Shown here: positions 51,401 to 64,000 of the stretch, one piece after another
Numbering within the stretch: the first letter of the stretch is position 1
Layout of the letters: each line of letters starts with the position of its first letter
The notes under the pieces: model-generated
Told to the model about the DNA's origin: nothing
Seen by the model: only the letters and a program-made list of their open reading frames with translations
Database searches by the model: none
Position numbers and translations under genes: made by a program
Source: Pelomyxa schiedti
Lineage: Eukaryota; Protista; Evosea
Reading direction: 5' to 3'
Assembly: GCA_020536535.1 (NCBI GenBank)
Contig: JAHLWZ010000802.1
Location: 72,677 to 136,676 of the forward strand
Length of the DNA: 64,000 nucleotides

Positions 51401-53080
51401 AAAAACATTGGGGCCGTATGCTCTGACGTATGTGCGAATTGTGCAATCTCTCTGGCTTTCTGTCTCACGTCCTTGACCATCGAGATCTGGGAATGTGGAA
51501 GCACTCACAGCAATCTGAGACGTGAAACCATATGCTCCCCCTGCGCCGTCATCTATCTTCAAGCTCTGCATGGCTTTATTGCAGATAGCTTGGGCGCCTG
51601 TGCTCTCAGTAACGGTCACAGTAACATTACGGCTAAATGTACCTCCAATGGTGATGGTGCTTGAGGGTATATGAGAATAAAAATCGTTGAGGAAGTCGCG
51701 CCCCTGTCTGATGCCTTTTATAGTTCTAGCACGTGCAAGAGCCTCACTGTTCAGTACCATCTGTGTCTCTGGAATGCAGAACGTATTAACAGGTACACTG
51801 AGGGTCTCTGCAACAGATGCTGAAGTTCTTTTGGTTGCTTTTTCTTGTTGCCTCCACTGAGCACGGGATTCAGGGGTACTACCAGAATCTAAAGTGAGTT
51901 CCCAACCACTGGCCTTGAGTGATGTTGCTAGAGAGTATCCTATTGACTCCGCCACAGATTGAAATATAGTTGCACTTTGCTCGTTATTGAACTCTTCATG
52001 GGATACGGTAAATGGTACCTCCGGATTTCTCAAACGGCAGAATTCAGGCTTGCACAGCACAGGGTGTGGGGCACATTGGGTATTGCAATTGAGAGGCAGG
52101 CCAAACGGAATTGCGTTTAGAGCAGAGCCTGCACCAACTGTAGCAATGATATCTTCATCACTCCTCTCCTGTTGCCGGCTACTCAGAGCTGCTTGTATCT
52201 CTCTGTTCGTGCTTGCTAGTTCCGTTTTTGCTCGTTCCAGTGCCTGTATTGCTGTAGAGTGGTCTGTGATTCCAGAAGCCCACGTGGATTGCTGAGAAAT
52301 AAGGTCTGCCTCCGCCTGAATGGATGCTAGACTGCTTACAATATCTGAAGACACTGCTTGTATCTCTTTGCGTAACTGGTCATGTGTCTTGCTTCCTATC
52401 TTTGCCTCGTTCAGCAGCTGGTGGACCTTGGTTTCTGCATTCACAGTTGCTGCTCTTCTTGCCTCTACCTTGGCCTGTTCAATTCTCTGAGTCCCAGAGT
52501 ACTCTGAGGCATTCCTACGATATAATGCAGCGAGCCGCTTGAGGTCAACCAAACTCACACGGGGCTGTCCAGGTCCGCCGTGCAACAACTGGTCAATATG
52601 CTCCTGCTTAAGTTCACTCGGAGAACTCACTCTTGCACACTGGCTGCGCTCAAGGAAGTCCACCACCTGCAAGTTAATTTCCTCGCTCACAAGTGCCTCT
52701 CTCAAGGACCTACCTTGTGCCCACGTTGTAATCACCGCCTGACGAGCCACGGCATCGTCCCCGTCGTCGCCAGTGGGATGAGTTGCCAAAAACGTGTCCA
52801 ATTCAGCATAACTGCGGGCCTGCAAGTCTTCCCTGGTCGGGGACTCTCGGGCTATAGTGACCAGCCACCCGGGTAAGCTCTTGTGGTCTTTGATACAGAC
52901 CATGCCGCAGAGGTGTCCCAGAGTCTCTAGTCTCTGCCTCAGGTGGGTAATGTCCAGATCTGTGGCTGAAAGTGCCGACTGCACCCCGACGGTGTCATGC
53001 ACCAGCGCGTAGGCGAGGGCCACAACACTGTTGTTGTACTTGTCGTGAGTTGGGCAGTGGAATGCCCCGGGCACGCTCAT
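45418..53080 (-). CDS. Very large inducible GTPase (VLIG/GVIN1-like) with N-terminal MACPF-like region; intronless, split by one frameshift at about 46328-46359
   Basis: G1 VLSILGVQKSGKSSLLNVMFG, RCTRGLNMQL, G3 LDTEGVRS, HDNRLA. The C-terminal Cys/His cluster CKELCPMC..C..H..H..HQPGGLGG lies in the second ORF. MACPF-like FLNDFYSH..TIGGTF and WRIIDRG upstream. Confidence 0.85.
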
Positions 53081-53628
53081 CTCGGAAAACAGAGCATCGA
53101 TTGTTGCAGGAAACCCGGGTGTGGTTGTACAGACAGTTTCGCTTGGGGGGTTCTGTTAAGAAGCAAATTATTCTTCACCAGGAAAAAAAGATAGGAGACC
53201 TCCTTGTCCATGTTTATCTGCCTGTAAAGGTAGGCTTGAATACCCGTAGAATTTATTTCAGTCAGGCAGGCTCACAGGTTGCACAAGTTGGGGCTTCAAC
53301 TTGGTGCCCGTTCATTTTGGTGGAATAAGAGCGAGCCACGTTATTATAGCAATAGTGCCACAAACAAAATAAGAATGACACTAATTGGACAGACGTCCTT
53401 GCTCAAATGCAGAGCCTGGTTGAAGACAAACTTGCCGAAAAGGTCCGTGCCGTTCCCACAGCCACTGCTACGATTGCGTTGCACGTGCTAGATGCTCCCC
53501 ATCGTTCATCCCTGAGGACAGTTCCTAGAAAACGGATCAGATCTGGCAGTAATTCCAGACTCGGGACATTTTACCTGTGCTCTCCAGATAAAGTGGTGGC
53601 CGAGGACAAACCTGGGGTAATCGGGGTG

Positions 53629-55969
53629 ATGCGGGTATGGCCTATGCGGTGGTGTTGTGCAGGGTTTCTGTTGCTATCCACGTACTTTGTCGTCGTCACG
53701 TCGGCTGACCGCCAAGGTACCTTGCGCGTTTTTATCCCTCCTTCCTTCGCCCCTCCCTTTTTATGGAGAAGGCTTTTTATGCCCAATGTTCAGGTTCTTT
53801 GTATACTTCGCGTAGTGGGTACATAAATTTAGCTGGCAGCACAAGGTCAATCAAACTTACCTTGTCCGTAGGGCACTGCACTGGTATACCGTTTTTAAAA
53901 AAACCAAAAAAGGAATAATTGTACGGTAGAACAAAGCAATTGCACTTGTGGCCTGGCTGTTCAGTTGGAGCAAATAGATGGAACTGAATGGAAAAACTTG
54001 TCTGGTGTTTTCTGGGGGATTATATCGGAGGGAATCCCAAGTTCCCTTGACTATCAATTCAGTGGCGTGAAAAACTACACTCAGACCAAGGGGCACAGAT
54101 TGTCTTGGCACCAACTTGACTCATCCGCTGCTCAGTTTGTTTTTGACATGAAGCTCATACAGTATGATGCCATCGGTGATGCCAGAATATATATTAGCTT
54201 AGGGGTGCTCCTAGTCACTTATGCTCTGATTGCATCAGAGCTACTCAACCGTGTACTTGTCTGTATGGCAGCAGATGCTGTGATGATTCTTTATTTCTGG
54301 CTGTGTGATGAACATCTATCTCCAATGCAGGCTGCATTAGCTGTGGACATTGATACTATACTAGTAATTTTCGGGATGATGATTATTGTTGGCAACTTTG
54401 CGAGAACAGGATTTTTTGATTTTCTTGTTGTTAGGTACAATCCAAATTTTCCTGCTTTAGAACCCTCTTATTTGTCTCCCAGATGCTTCAAACTTAGCGG
54501 TGGCAATATGTGGATATTGGCATTGATCATTGGTACTGTCACTGCTGTAGTTTCAATGATTCTTCCAAGTATTACAACCGTTCTCTTAATTGCCCCTGTT
54601 GCAATGCGACTATGTGGCTCCATTGAAGTACTTTGTTCTCATTGAATCTGAGTCCTTCTTGACTTGGCTGTACCAGGTGTCACCTGTCCCACTTGTGGTC
54701 ATATCAGCAATACTTAGTACCATAGGGGGAACAGCCACCCTAATTGGAGACCCTCCCAACGTCTTGATCGGAAGTGCCTTGCACATATCATTTGTTGATT
54801 TCTTTGTAAACATGTTTCCTGGCACCGTGATGTGTGCCCTTGTGGCCTTATTGTAACCCGTTCCCCATTTCTTCTTTCATCTCACTTCGAAGGAAGATAT
54901 TTGCAGTTTGTGTTCCGAGAACAGCTTTACGTGCACAAAACTATACCAAAAGATCTAGGATCTCCACTTATCTCTTCAATTAAGGACAAAATCCTCCTTG
55001 TAAAAGTGCTAGTGGTGCTTGTAATTGCGGTAACCCTTTTCGTGGCCTCAAGTTATCTTGGAATTTCTCTTGGCTGGATAGCAGTATTTTCAGCACTTGG
55101 AATTATCATGATAACCGCTCCTACCAAATCCCTTCTTCTGAATCTTCAATTTGTGGAATGGGAGCTTCTATGCTTTTATATTGCCCTCTTTATGTTGGTT
55201 GGCTGCACAGAACAGCTTGGGTTCATGCAATGGATGGGCACCATTTGTACTGCTCCCAATAATTTTTGCACTCCCTCACTTGTTTAAAATAGTATCAGAT
55301 CTGATCCTTCTAAGCCCCCCTGAAGCGCAGCTGCCTGTGACTATCGTTCTGATCATTTGGCTCAGTGGCATTCTTTCCAGTTTTATTGACAATACTGTCT
55401 TTGTGCGAGTGGTAGTACCACTCATGCACATTGTGTCAAGCACAGTTGACCTACCTCTTTCCGCTCTCGGCTGGGCTCTAGTATTTGGCGGTTGCTTAGG
55501 CGGCAACTCCACACTCATTGGAACATCCACAAACATTGTTGCCACTGGCCTACTCATGCAGGAGAAGCAAAACCTTTCATTCATGCGGTTCTCCAAGCTC
55601 TGTGCGCCCCTCACTTGTGCTACACTAGCAACAGCAACATGGTACATGATTGCGCGGTACTGCTCCGGCGTAGCCAGAATTGTTGCCGTGTCAATTGGAT
55701 GCGCCTCACTGGGGATTGTACTGATACTCTTCCTTCTTCAGCTGTGCATTGAAGGAAGACGCGGGTGGTGGAAGTTTTCCCCCCTTAGGACAGACATTGA
55801 CCCCCACACAGCAGCACTGAACACACCAACATCTACAAAAGAAGAGGCCCAAACAGCCACACAACAGCACTTTTGTTGGATACAAACTCCTGACGGCATG
55901 GAAGAACTTGAAGTTTCGACAGTAGACCTTTCCACACTCACTGACAATGATGGCATTATAAATTCGTGA
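53629..55969 (+). CDS. ArsB/NhaD (IT superfamily) anion permease, P-protein/OCA2-like; multi-exon
   Basis: DTILVIFGMMIIV..RTGFF, GGTATLIGDPPNVLI, VEWELL.F..LF.LV, SSFIDN, LGGNSTLIGTSTNIV, FMRFSK. Confidence 0.9.
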
Positions 55970-56029
55970 ATAATTGTGAGCTTGTTACTTCCCTCTTGAA
56001 GTACAACAAGGCACACTCTCTGGGCTGAT

Positions 56030-57666
56030 TAGTAGTGAGAAGAACCCCTTGGGGGTGGTGTCTTAGGGCGGGCTGTTGCCGAAGGGGGTGGTGTTTTGGG
56101 CCTGGTAGTGTGAGAGGGTGTGGTGTAATTAGTAGAGGAATAATTCAAGTAGTCATCCAAAATAGGTGCATGTGCCTACATAATGGAACGAGTTACTCCC
56201 ACAGAGTAAGTGGGAAAAAGAAGAGGAGGTACCTTTATGACTGAGTGGGTGAGGGGCTGAACGCCGAGAGTTTGTCCGTTGATGCGTGTTCTGTTGGTGC
56301 TAACGTAGTTTGCTGTGTATTTGGCGTCTTGGTGGGATGGCCGGGTTATAATCCCAATGATGGCTTTTGACTTTGGCCTTGGGTAAGGTGTAAATAATTG
56401 ACTCTTTCGTACTCGTGGTACTCACTTGCGAACGATTCTGCACTGACTTTCAGGAACACCGCAGTGTTGGGCAATTGTGTTGGATGAAACATTCCTGCCA
56501 TATGCTTCAACGTTGGTGATAATGAGAACTGGTGGTAGTTCTGGTTTTGGTATGTGCAGTTCCTCTGAAGGTATCTTGAAAGAGAGTCAAACTCAAACCA
56601 AAAAAAAAAGGGAGACATACAATAACATTTGATAAGTCGATAATTCCACTTAAGGAAGGCGGGTGTGTTGTTGGAAGGGGTTCAGGTGGTGAAGAGATAA
56701 ACTCTTGAAAAGCCTAGCAAAGAACTGTGGTGAGTAGAGTGTAAGACATTTACTCTCAAATTACTGGATTATTTTGAACTAAGTGAAGGATACTATCTAT
56801 ACTGTCATCAACTTCAGTTCTACAAACAGGGCACAGAAAATGAAAGCTGGTATGTGCTCTACAGGAAGGGTAAGAAGGCATGTCTTCTTACTGGGAGTAC
56901 TTTACTTGTACATATTGCGATTTTCCAGTGATTTATTGTGTTCTTGTAATTTCCTTTGATACCTTCTTTGGTTTTAATAGGTAATTGTCTTAAGCATGGA
57001 ATTACCAACTTGCCAAACAAGAGTCGTGAAAGTAGTGAAAGCATTTTGTTCTAATTGCTTTTTCTCCCTCAGAAAAAGGGGAGAGACAGATCGTACAGGA
57101 TTCATATGGAGTTGCATCTGTTTGAGTAGCTTTGTCTCTGGCAAACTTTATTGGATGAGTGGAAAAAAAAGGGGGGGTACCAGCTTTTACCTCGATAATA
57201 TCAAAAAGCATTTGGTTGCCCAGAGCGGCCTTGGCTGTTTCTTGTAGTTGAGCTATAAGCTCCGTCTGATTTAAGCCTCTACACACAGAAATTTCTATAC
57301 GAGGGATTTCCATTGGGTACTACACACAACTCAGTGTGCCACTCAAAAAAAAAAAAAAAAAAAAAGCTAAAAAAAGTAAAAAAAAATCTCTATTGTTCTA
57401 TATTTAGTCTGCTGGTCGAAATAAAAAGAAGAGCCCACACGTACGTTAATGGGGATGGTGAGGAGGAGCTCGCAAAAGACCAAGGCCTCGTCGGTCTTTG
57501 GGTTGATCGCCACCCTCAGCGTTACCGGCGCGTCGCGACGCACCACGACCACCTCCGCTGGGTACATCGCCTCGATCATCGGCAGCTCCACCTCGATCGG
57601 CGTCGGCTCCGTGCCGCCGCCGCTGCTGCTGCTGCTGTCACCAGGTCCCGACGTCGATGTCGCCAT
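56030..57666 (-). CDS. RWD plus RING-H2 E3 ubiquitin ligase (RNF25/AO7-like); multi-exon, 3' end approximate
   Basis: EVELPMIEAMYP..LTIP.NYP.EIPRI..RGL..LGNQMLFDIIE; CTICL..RTKCFHYFHDSCLASW..CPVCR. Confidence 0.85.
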
Positions 57667-58174
57667 TCCGTTTCGTGTTTCGTGTTTAGTTTATTGTGTT
57701 TGGTCTGGGCCATTTCGCGGTCTGCGAATACAACGAGAACAGGAAAGGAGATTGGTATACGGGGCAGGAAGGAACCCGGGAATCTTTAAGAGGAGAACGC
57801 GGAGTGGGTTTCGGCATGCCAAGAGCCCACGGCACTGGGCAGATATTGTGAGCTTTGGGTCTGAGGAAGTTGATAATGTTGGAGGTCATCAGATTGGGGG
57901 TGAAAGTTGGTGTACGGAAAAGGGGTTTCGTTGAAGAATGTCACATTCGACCAGTACCTCGTGTGAGCCTGGTAGTGAGTGGTCGGAATTGTGGGATGCA
58001 CTCTCTACCGTGGCGGATCCCACCCTGTGTGTTTGTTGTTGGTGAATTGTTTCCCAACCGACAAAGCAGTTTTGGTTTTTGGATTTTGTTTTGCTATTGG
58101 TTATTACTTGGCCTTATATTGGACCTAATTTTACTCTTAGTGCTGCTAAATGTAGAAGGGTGGTGCAATCGTGC

Positions 58175-61100
58175 ATGAGCACCATGTCACAGTCTGAGAG
58201 AAGGCAGTCCATCCTGCGTGATACTGAGGCACTTCTTTTGAAGTAAGTGCAATCCTTCCACCCAAATATATCTCCCTAAACGTGTAACACTAGCGAAAAC
58301 CCTGGTGGCAGAACAAATTCCATGGCTGTTAGTATGGAGATTCTCCCAAAGCACCTGGACACAGTACCCTCCTCCTAATTTGAGTTGAATGACTTTGTAT
58401 GTTTATTAAGAATATCAAGGCCAAAACAGAGCTTATGCAAACTTCTTCCCAACTAGCCGAATTGCAAACAATAATCGTGTCTTTAGAAAAGGAAAAATCA
58501 CTTTTACAGTTAAAATCCAATGGTAAAGTTTATTGTTCCCATTTCTGTCATATTAACGTATTCCCACCTACTTAAGAACTTTCTACTGAAAATGGAAAAA
58601 CACTTGATCCCCGAATCACAGCTCTTCAGTTTGCCAATGAAGAATTACAGGTTTTTACTGAAAGGCAAATCCTGGGCTCACATAAAGCTAGCAACATACC
58701 ACCCAACAACGGGAGATAGCCACAAAACTTCGAAAGGAGTCACAAGACTTGGCGGATATCTACTCTAAGAATCTTGCATCCCACCTCTCCTCTAAGGCAA
58801 CCCAGAGCAGTCTCTCAGCTGATTTGGCAAGAATAAATCCTACCCCCAAGTATCAAACTCCCCTGTCTTTCTCCTTTTTTTACCTTGGGTTAGGGCTGAA
58901 GCAGATCATGCAGAGACAATATTCAATAATTATGTTGCCAAACTAGGCCAGATGCAAGAGTCAATTGCTTTTTTAGAGAAAAACGAGAAAGAAGCTAAAA
59001 GAGCAGCTGTGGTATAAAGGCATTCCTACTTATTTAAATATTCAATTGTGCAAGGCTATTGAAGTTGAACTGAAGAATGTTATGGATAACATTATTGCGT
59101 ACCAGAAAGAAAAGGAAATCAGGGTAGGCTGTTATTATTCCACCTCCTTATTCTTATGTTCATAGGTATTTTTTTTAGGAACAAAAAGCAGTTGAACTTC
59201 AAAATGAGCTTGATTCACAAGGCTCACTAAGATGTAGTCACGAGCAGTCACTTTCCTTTCTCCATACAAAAGAAGAAGAATTGGATTTCAAGGTAGTGGA
59301 CGACATACCTCTCCAAGTATATTCTTACTTCCCCATAGATGAAGCAAGTTGATGGCTCAATGAAATTCCAAGAGAAACTAATAAACAAGTCTCGTCAACA
59401 ATTATTTGAAGCTCGTAAAACAGTATATAAGTTATACCATTTTAATTGCAAACTAACACTGCAGCTGGATGAAACAATGAAATTGCTGCCACCTCTGGAA
59501 CAGCAGAGCATAATAGCCCAGAAGGAGTGCCTGACAATAAATGAACAAATTCAGCATCAGCACATCTTGGTTCTTCCTCCAAGTTTTGACCCTTCGCCCA
59601 CCTTATTAGATTGATGAAGTGAGAGTGGAAATTGAGAACAACTTGAAGTTTTTGCTGGGGCAACTTGAAAGCGAATACCCTACTGAAACTACTGATACCA
59701 AGAAACTTCAAGTGGAAATTTCGGTCCTCCCCAGTGAAGTCTGCCTTTTTTTTTTATTTCTCTCAGGAAATGCATCTTGTTGTGAAAAGGCTACATGATC
59801 TTCATTCTACACTTAAGCACGAACTGGCAGATGCGATTCTTGAAAAGAGGCAAAAGGTTTAAAGTCAAATGGCACCTGTTCTCTAAAGAAACCCAGGAAT
59901 ATGAAGCCAGGATAGCTCAAAATAGAATAGTGTCAGCACAGCATGAACTGAATTTGTGCCTTTCCAAGTTTCCTTTCCTTGAGGAACACTTACAGAATCT
60001 ACAAAACACCTTGAGGAACTACTCGTTGCTCACAAAGCAAATTCACTCCGAGGGAGCCAAACATGTTGGCTGCACTAATTCTTCACAACTGTTAACTTTC
60101 TTTCCTTTTCTTTTCTTTTGATTTTGTTAGAATGAACTGCGCCCTATCGCACATCAAATTTTTGCAGAGTATGAACAAAAATTCAGGAAAATGGAGTGTG
60201 AGCAATCTATTTTGAAAGATGAATCAGCACAGCATGATCGAGATCTTCAAGTACACCTTTCTCCTCCACAAGATAAACTCATTTCCACCCTTTAGCAAAC
60301 AAGAATGGAGTTTAAATTACTTCTTCGCGAATACGAAAAAGTAAATACCGAAATAAACAAACGAAAATTTGTCCTATCACAGAGAGAACGTAACTTATTG
60401 ATATCTAACCGTTTGGTAATCTTTTTCTCTCAGAAGCTTCAATCCCACTCGCAGCAGAGTGTCGAAAACTGGAAGAAAACATTCACAAATTAGACCTTGA
60501 AGTGGTGGTAACTTCCCTTGCCCGTTGTAAGAGGAAAACTCATTTTTCTTGATACCTAGGAGCTAAAGCGGCAGTTTGAATTCCAAGTGCACAACCGTGA
60601 TACTGTAGGGTACCAAGTTGTTAACAGAAATGAAGAACTATGTCTACATCATAGTCGTGCCACTAGCCTTCAAAATATACTGCTTAGTCAGAAGCAGCTT
60701 ATATCTCACAAGGAAGATGTATGTTAGGAGTAACATTTTCCATTTTAACGAAATATTGTAGGAAATCAGTGTTCTTTCTTTTGAACTTTCCGAATGTAAG
60801 AGAGTTTTAATGTTGGAAAGACAACGTACGCAAAAAATACCACAGCACACAAACCAAGTGGCATCCCTCAAGAAACAACTTGCTCAACAAAGAGCTCTTG
60901 CTGAACAGTTATCTATCAAGCTAGGTTATTGTTTACTGGGTGATTTGAGATGGTTGAATTTTCTATAGAGACGCCTCCAACGACTCCAGCCAGTGGAAGA
61001 GCGCTTTCGACAGAACAAATTACAAGCAAGCTAGTAGATTTAGAGAGGAGGTTGCAGTTCCAAGAGGTGAGTGACAACCGAAAATAGCTTACATGCAATA

Positions 61101-61754
61101 ACTTAATTGATTAATTAAAAGAACAAGCTGCTTTCTCAACAACGGGAACTGAATGAGATTGAATCCCACAGACTGCAACTGCAAAAACGCAGCACAGAAA
61201 ACAGAGACACTCCTGAGGAAATGTTTCAAGTAATAGTGACCCATCTATTATCTTCTCTAAGTAACATAACAGGTCAGTGAGGCGCGAAATAAATTGGACA
61301 GAGTTGACAAAAAGCTTGCTTCTGCTACCGCCGAATTGACTCTCCATAGAGCCTACGCTCTTAATCTACAGCAGCTTCAAACTGACTTGGTAAACAATTC
61401 CTTAAATTCCAACTTACTACTTACTCGTTATTCTCCAGGAAGCGGAAGTGAAAGACGCGACTGCCAGGCTTCATAGAGGCGAGGCACCTACATTGGATGC
61501 CGAGCGCGAGTGGTTTAACATGATGCTCAGGAGACAAATGAAGCTGCAGGAGATAAGGTAGTATTTCTAATCAGTTGTGCGTAATTGACAAGAACCATAG
61601 AAATCAGCAAGAACAACAACAACGCGTTTCTATCCCGCGATCAAATGAATCTAGTGCCGCCGCTCGGTATTATAGAATCCCACAACAACAAACACCTGAA
61701 GGGATGCATCTGAGATGTACAGTAAATAATACAGAGGTCACTGGTTTATTGTAA
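58175..61754 (+). CDS. Flagellar coiled-coil protein CCDC146/MBO2-like; many exons, start approximate
   Basis: Extended coiled coil with RNEELCL..EEISVL, ELTLHRAYALNLQQ..RLHRGEAPTLDAEREW, resembling the CCDC146 C-terminal motifs. Confidence 0.7.
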
Positions 61755-61786
61755 ATAAAAAAAAGTTTTGTTTTTCTCTGTTTCAT

Positions 61787-63104
61787 TCAAGCATAAATGA
61801 TAGAAGCCCTACCCCCAATAAAATCGTGATAGGTGTAGGCGGGAAAGTTATTGACAGCCGGTACAGTGCCAGAGACTTGTCCTTGTGCCACTACTTCTAC
61901 AGTCATTTGTGCTGGTGGGGTCTGGAGGATCGTGAGCGGTTCAGAAGATATTTGGGGTTTTACCTCGAGGTATTGCTGCTCTACTTGCAGTACCCATTCT
62001 ACAGAAGCAGTGTCCCCGGGGTTAATGATGGAAATGGGCACTGTTTGGCTTTGGCCACCCACTAGCGACATTCCAACTGCAGGAAGTTGTACAGTGGCCT
62101 CGCTTTGAGTGGATTTCAGTGAATCCCACATTTTGTCTCCAAGAGATGGTGGCTGGGGATAGCGAATATCAGCTTGCAGGATAGTTGTATTGGATTCCTC
62201 GTAAAACGTGATTACAATTTCCCACGGAGACAATACAGATCCAAAAAAAGGACCGTAGGACCCCATGTTTGTGGCTCTACTTGATATTGGTGACCTACCT
62301 CACTGCCACATTACATACTCAGTGTAGTTCCACAAAGCACAGAACTGTGCAAAGCTGTAATCCATGCGGTGAGGTGTATTCCTATCCCATGGGTCAAGTG
62401 TAATAATTGTGTCATCGTCCCATCCGACTACAACGCGGAAGTGTCCATCTTCTCCAGGAGACTCGTATGCCATTAGGATAGCCACAGGAAAGCCAGAATT
62501 AACAGTCTCTTCAAGCAGGTCGATCCAACAGTCATTTACATCAACTGTACCAAGTGGAGCACGCCTAGAAAAGCCAGCTGCCCCCATTGGATGACCAACC
62601 CAACTGTGTTTAAGGAGAGTGAGGGATAGTGACTATTACTCGACTTATAGATAGTCGTTACTCTAGAAGTGCTGGAATATGGGATATACCCGTGAGTCGG
62701 CAATTGATTGGGGAAGAGGTCAGACTGAGCCTTACTGGCGAAAGAAAACGCCGCTGCTCTTGTCATGTCATAAGAAAGTGTGCCAACTTGAGTGTCTGTC
62801 CTAAGGACATCTGTTTGTTTCCACGTCAGTACGTGCAATAAACAAAAGAACGGGACGGCACCCAAAATGGCCCTTTGGTCCACAGTCACTCCCCTGTGCG
62901 CCAGTAGCATTTGTGTGGAGGCTGCTCCGCACGCATAATCCGTGACTTGCCTCTGAACGGAAATACGCAAACAACGTAAGATCTAACGAAGGAATATAAT
63001 AAAACCAACCACTTCACCTTGTAGGGAACGTCAGTAACCACAAAACAGCCAACAAAGGCTGCACCTCCCAACAGCAAAAAAAGCACGGTTTGTCCAACCA
63101 CCAT
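61787..63104 (-). CDS. Secreted peptidase C39-like (papain-fold) cysteine hydrolase with C-terminal beta-rich domain; multi-exon
   Basis: Signal peptide; DVPYK/RQVTDYACGAASTQM (Q..C), GFPVAIL..GHFRVVVGWD..TLDPW (H, D). Confidence 0.85.
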
Positions 63105-63317
63105 CACGCAGATCTCTCCTTCCTTCAGGAGTGATTATCTTGTGGAAAGAAGAAAGAAAAAACCCCGCAGGGAAAAAGTGCCAATCGACAACCCCCCAAA
63201 TGTGTGATTCCATTATCCAATTGGCATGGCCTACCCCCCAGCCCCAAAGAATTGGAAACAGTGCACCTTGTTGTCACTGTGAGCGATTTCGGCGAAAGCA
63301 ACGAGCAAAAAAATAGG

Positions 63318-64000
63318 ATGAGTGACGAAGCCCACGACACAGCGGGCGCCGTTTCGCTCGAATGCGCGGTTGTCGCGACCCAGGAGGCGTCCGCGACGGC
63401 GGCGAGCAGCGAGAGCAATACGGCCACCTCGGCCGACGGAGCGGAATCGCGGTCGCCGCCGCCGGTCGCGGCGCCGACGACCACGCCGCCTCTGGCCGCA
63501 TCGTCGCCGCCGACCACGAGCCGGTCGTCGCGATCGCACCACCGATCGTCGGCGAACCCATCTTCGTCGTCCACGTCTTCTTCTTCTTCTTCGTCGTCGT
63601 CGTCGTCGTCGTCTCGGCACCGCCGCGCGCAGTCGGTCACGGCGGAAGCGGCGCGCGGCCTGTCCCATAAGTCCGGGTCGTCTTCTTCTTCTTCCTCGTC
63701 GGGGTACCCGCAGTTCTTCGCGACGACAGACTCTCTTGCCAACGTTCCCACGACGTCCACGTCGGCGTCTGTGTGGTCGACTCCCACAATTGCGAACGTG
63801 GCGGCCATTGTCACCCCCTGTACTCCCCCCTCGACGACGGCACAAGTGGTTCCCAATGGTGACCTGGACCAGACTCAAAACTCAAGTCAGAATCCAAGTC
63901 AGAACCAGGAACAGGACCTGCCCCCTAATTCTGCTTCAGCTGTACTTGGCGCAGCTTCTAGTGCATCGCAGAAGGCTCACTATTCCAGACACTCTCGGTC
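63318..64000 (+). CDS. 5' part of a gene with Ser/Ala/Thr-rich low-complexity N-terminus, running off the window end
   Basis: ATG at 63318 (MSDEAHDTAGAV..) opens a GC-rich frame like the other first exons here. Confidence 0.55.
   Translation, partial: MSDEAHDTAGAVSLECAVVATQEASATAASSESNTATSADGAESRSPPPVAAPTTTPPLAASSPPTTSRSSRSHHRSSANPSSSSTSSSSSSSSSSSSSRHRRAQSVTAEAARGLSHKSGSSSSSSSSGYPQFFATTDSLANVPTTSTSASVWSTPTIANVAAIVTPCTPPSTTAQVVPNGDLDQTQNSSQNPSQNQEQDLPPNSASAVLGAASSASQKAHYSRHSR

Noticed and set aside
53407-53628. Upstream extension of the permease ORF
   Set aside because: No motif support. A signal-peptide-like segment begins only after the ATG at 53629.
63125-63878. Long minus-strand ORFs (243 and 215 aa)
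   Set aside because: They are shadows of a GC-rich, Ser/Ala-rich plus-strand first exon. The same applies to overlapping ORFs at 4.0-4.7, 11.6-12.8, 30.0-30.8 and 35.8-36.5 kb.
1-64000. rRNA, tRNA, CRISPR, transposase or prokaryotic operon/defence island
   Set aside because: None recognisable by eye, and the sequence is spliceosomal-intron-rich eukaryotic DNA. Small ncRNAs cannot be excluded without covariance-model searches.

Overview
Gene-dense eukaryotic (protist) nuclear DNA with about 25 protein-coding genes. Most are split by many short (~35-75 nt) spliceosomal introns with weak 5' splice sites and are separated by very short spacers. Gene content (coactosin, CPRas1-like VWA protein, flagellar CCDC146, GVIN-type GTPase) and intron style suggest a flagellate amoebozoan such as an archamoeba; this is inference only. 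I found no rRNA, tRNA, CRISPR array or transposase. The standout is an intron-containing gene (5780-7809, minus) that, after manual splicing, encodes four core-histone folds in one chain, ordered H2B-H2A-H3-H3. It lies head-to-head with a PARG gene that appears to start at a non-AUG (ACG) codon. Other notable items: two paralogous SAM-domain proteins with an unrecognised enzyme-like C-terminal domain; an intronless ~7.7 kb MACPF-like/VLIG GTPase gene with a frameshift; a possible p53/SPT23-fold transcription factor; and CpG-island-like 5' gene ends. Exon boundaries and family calls come from reading by eye against remembered consensus sequences; no database search was run.
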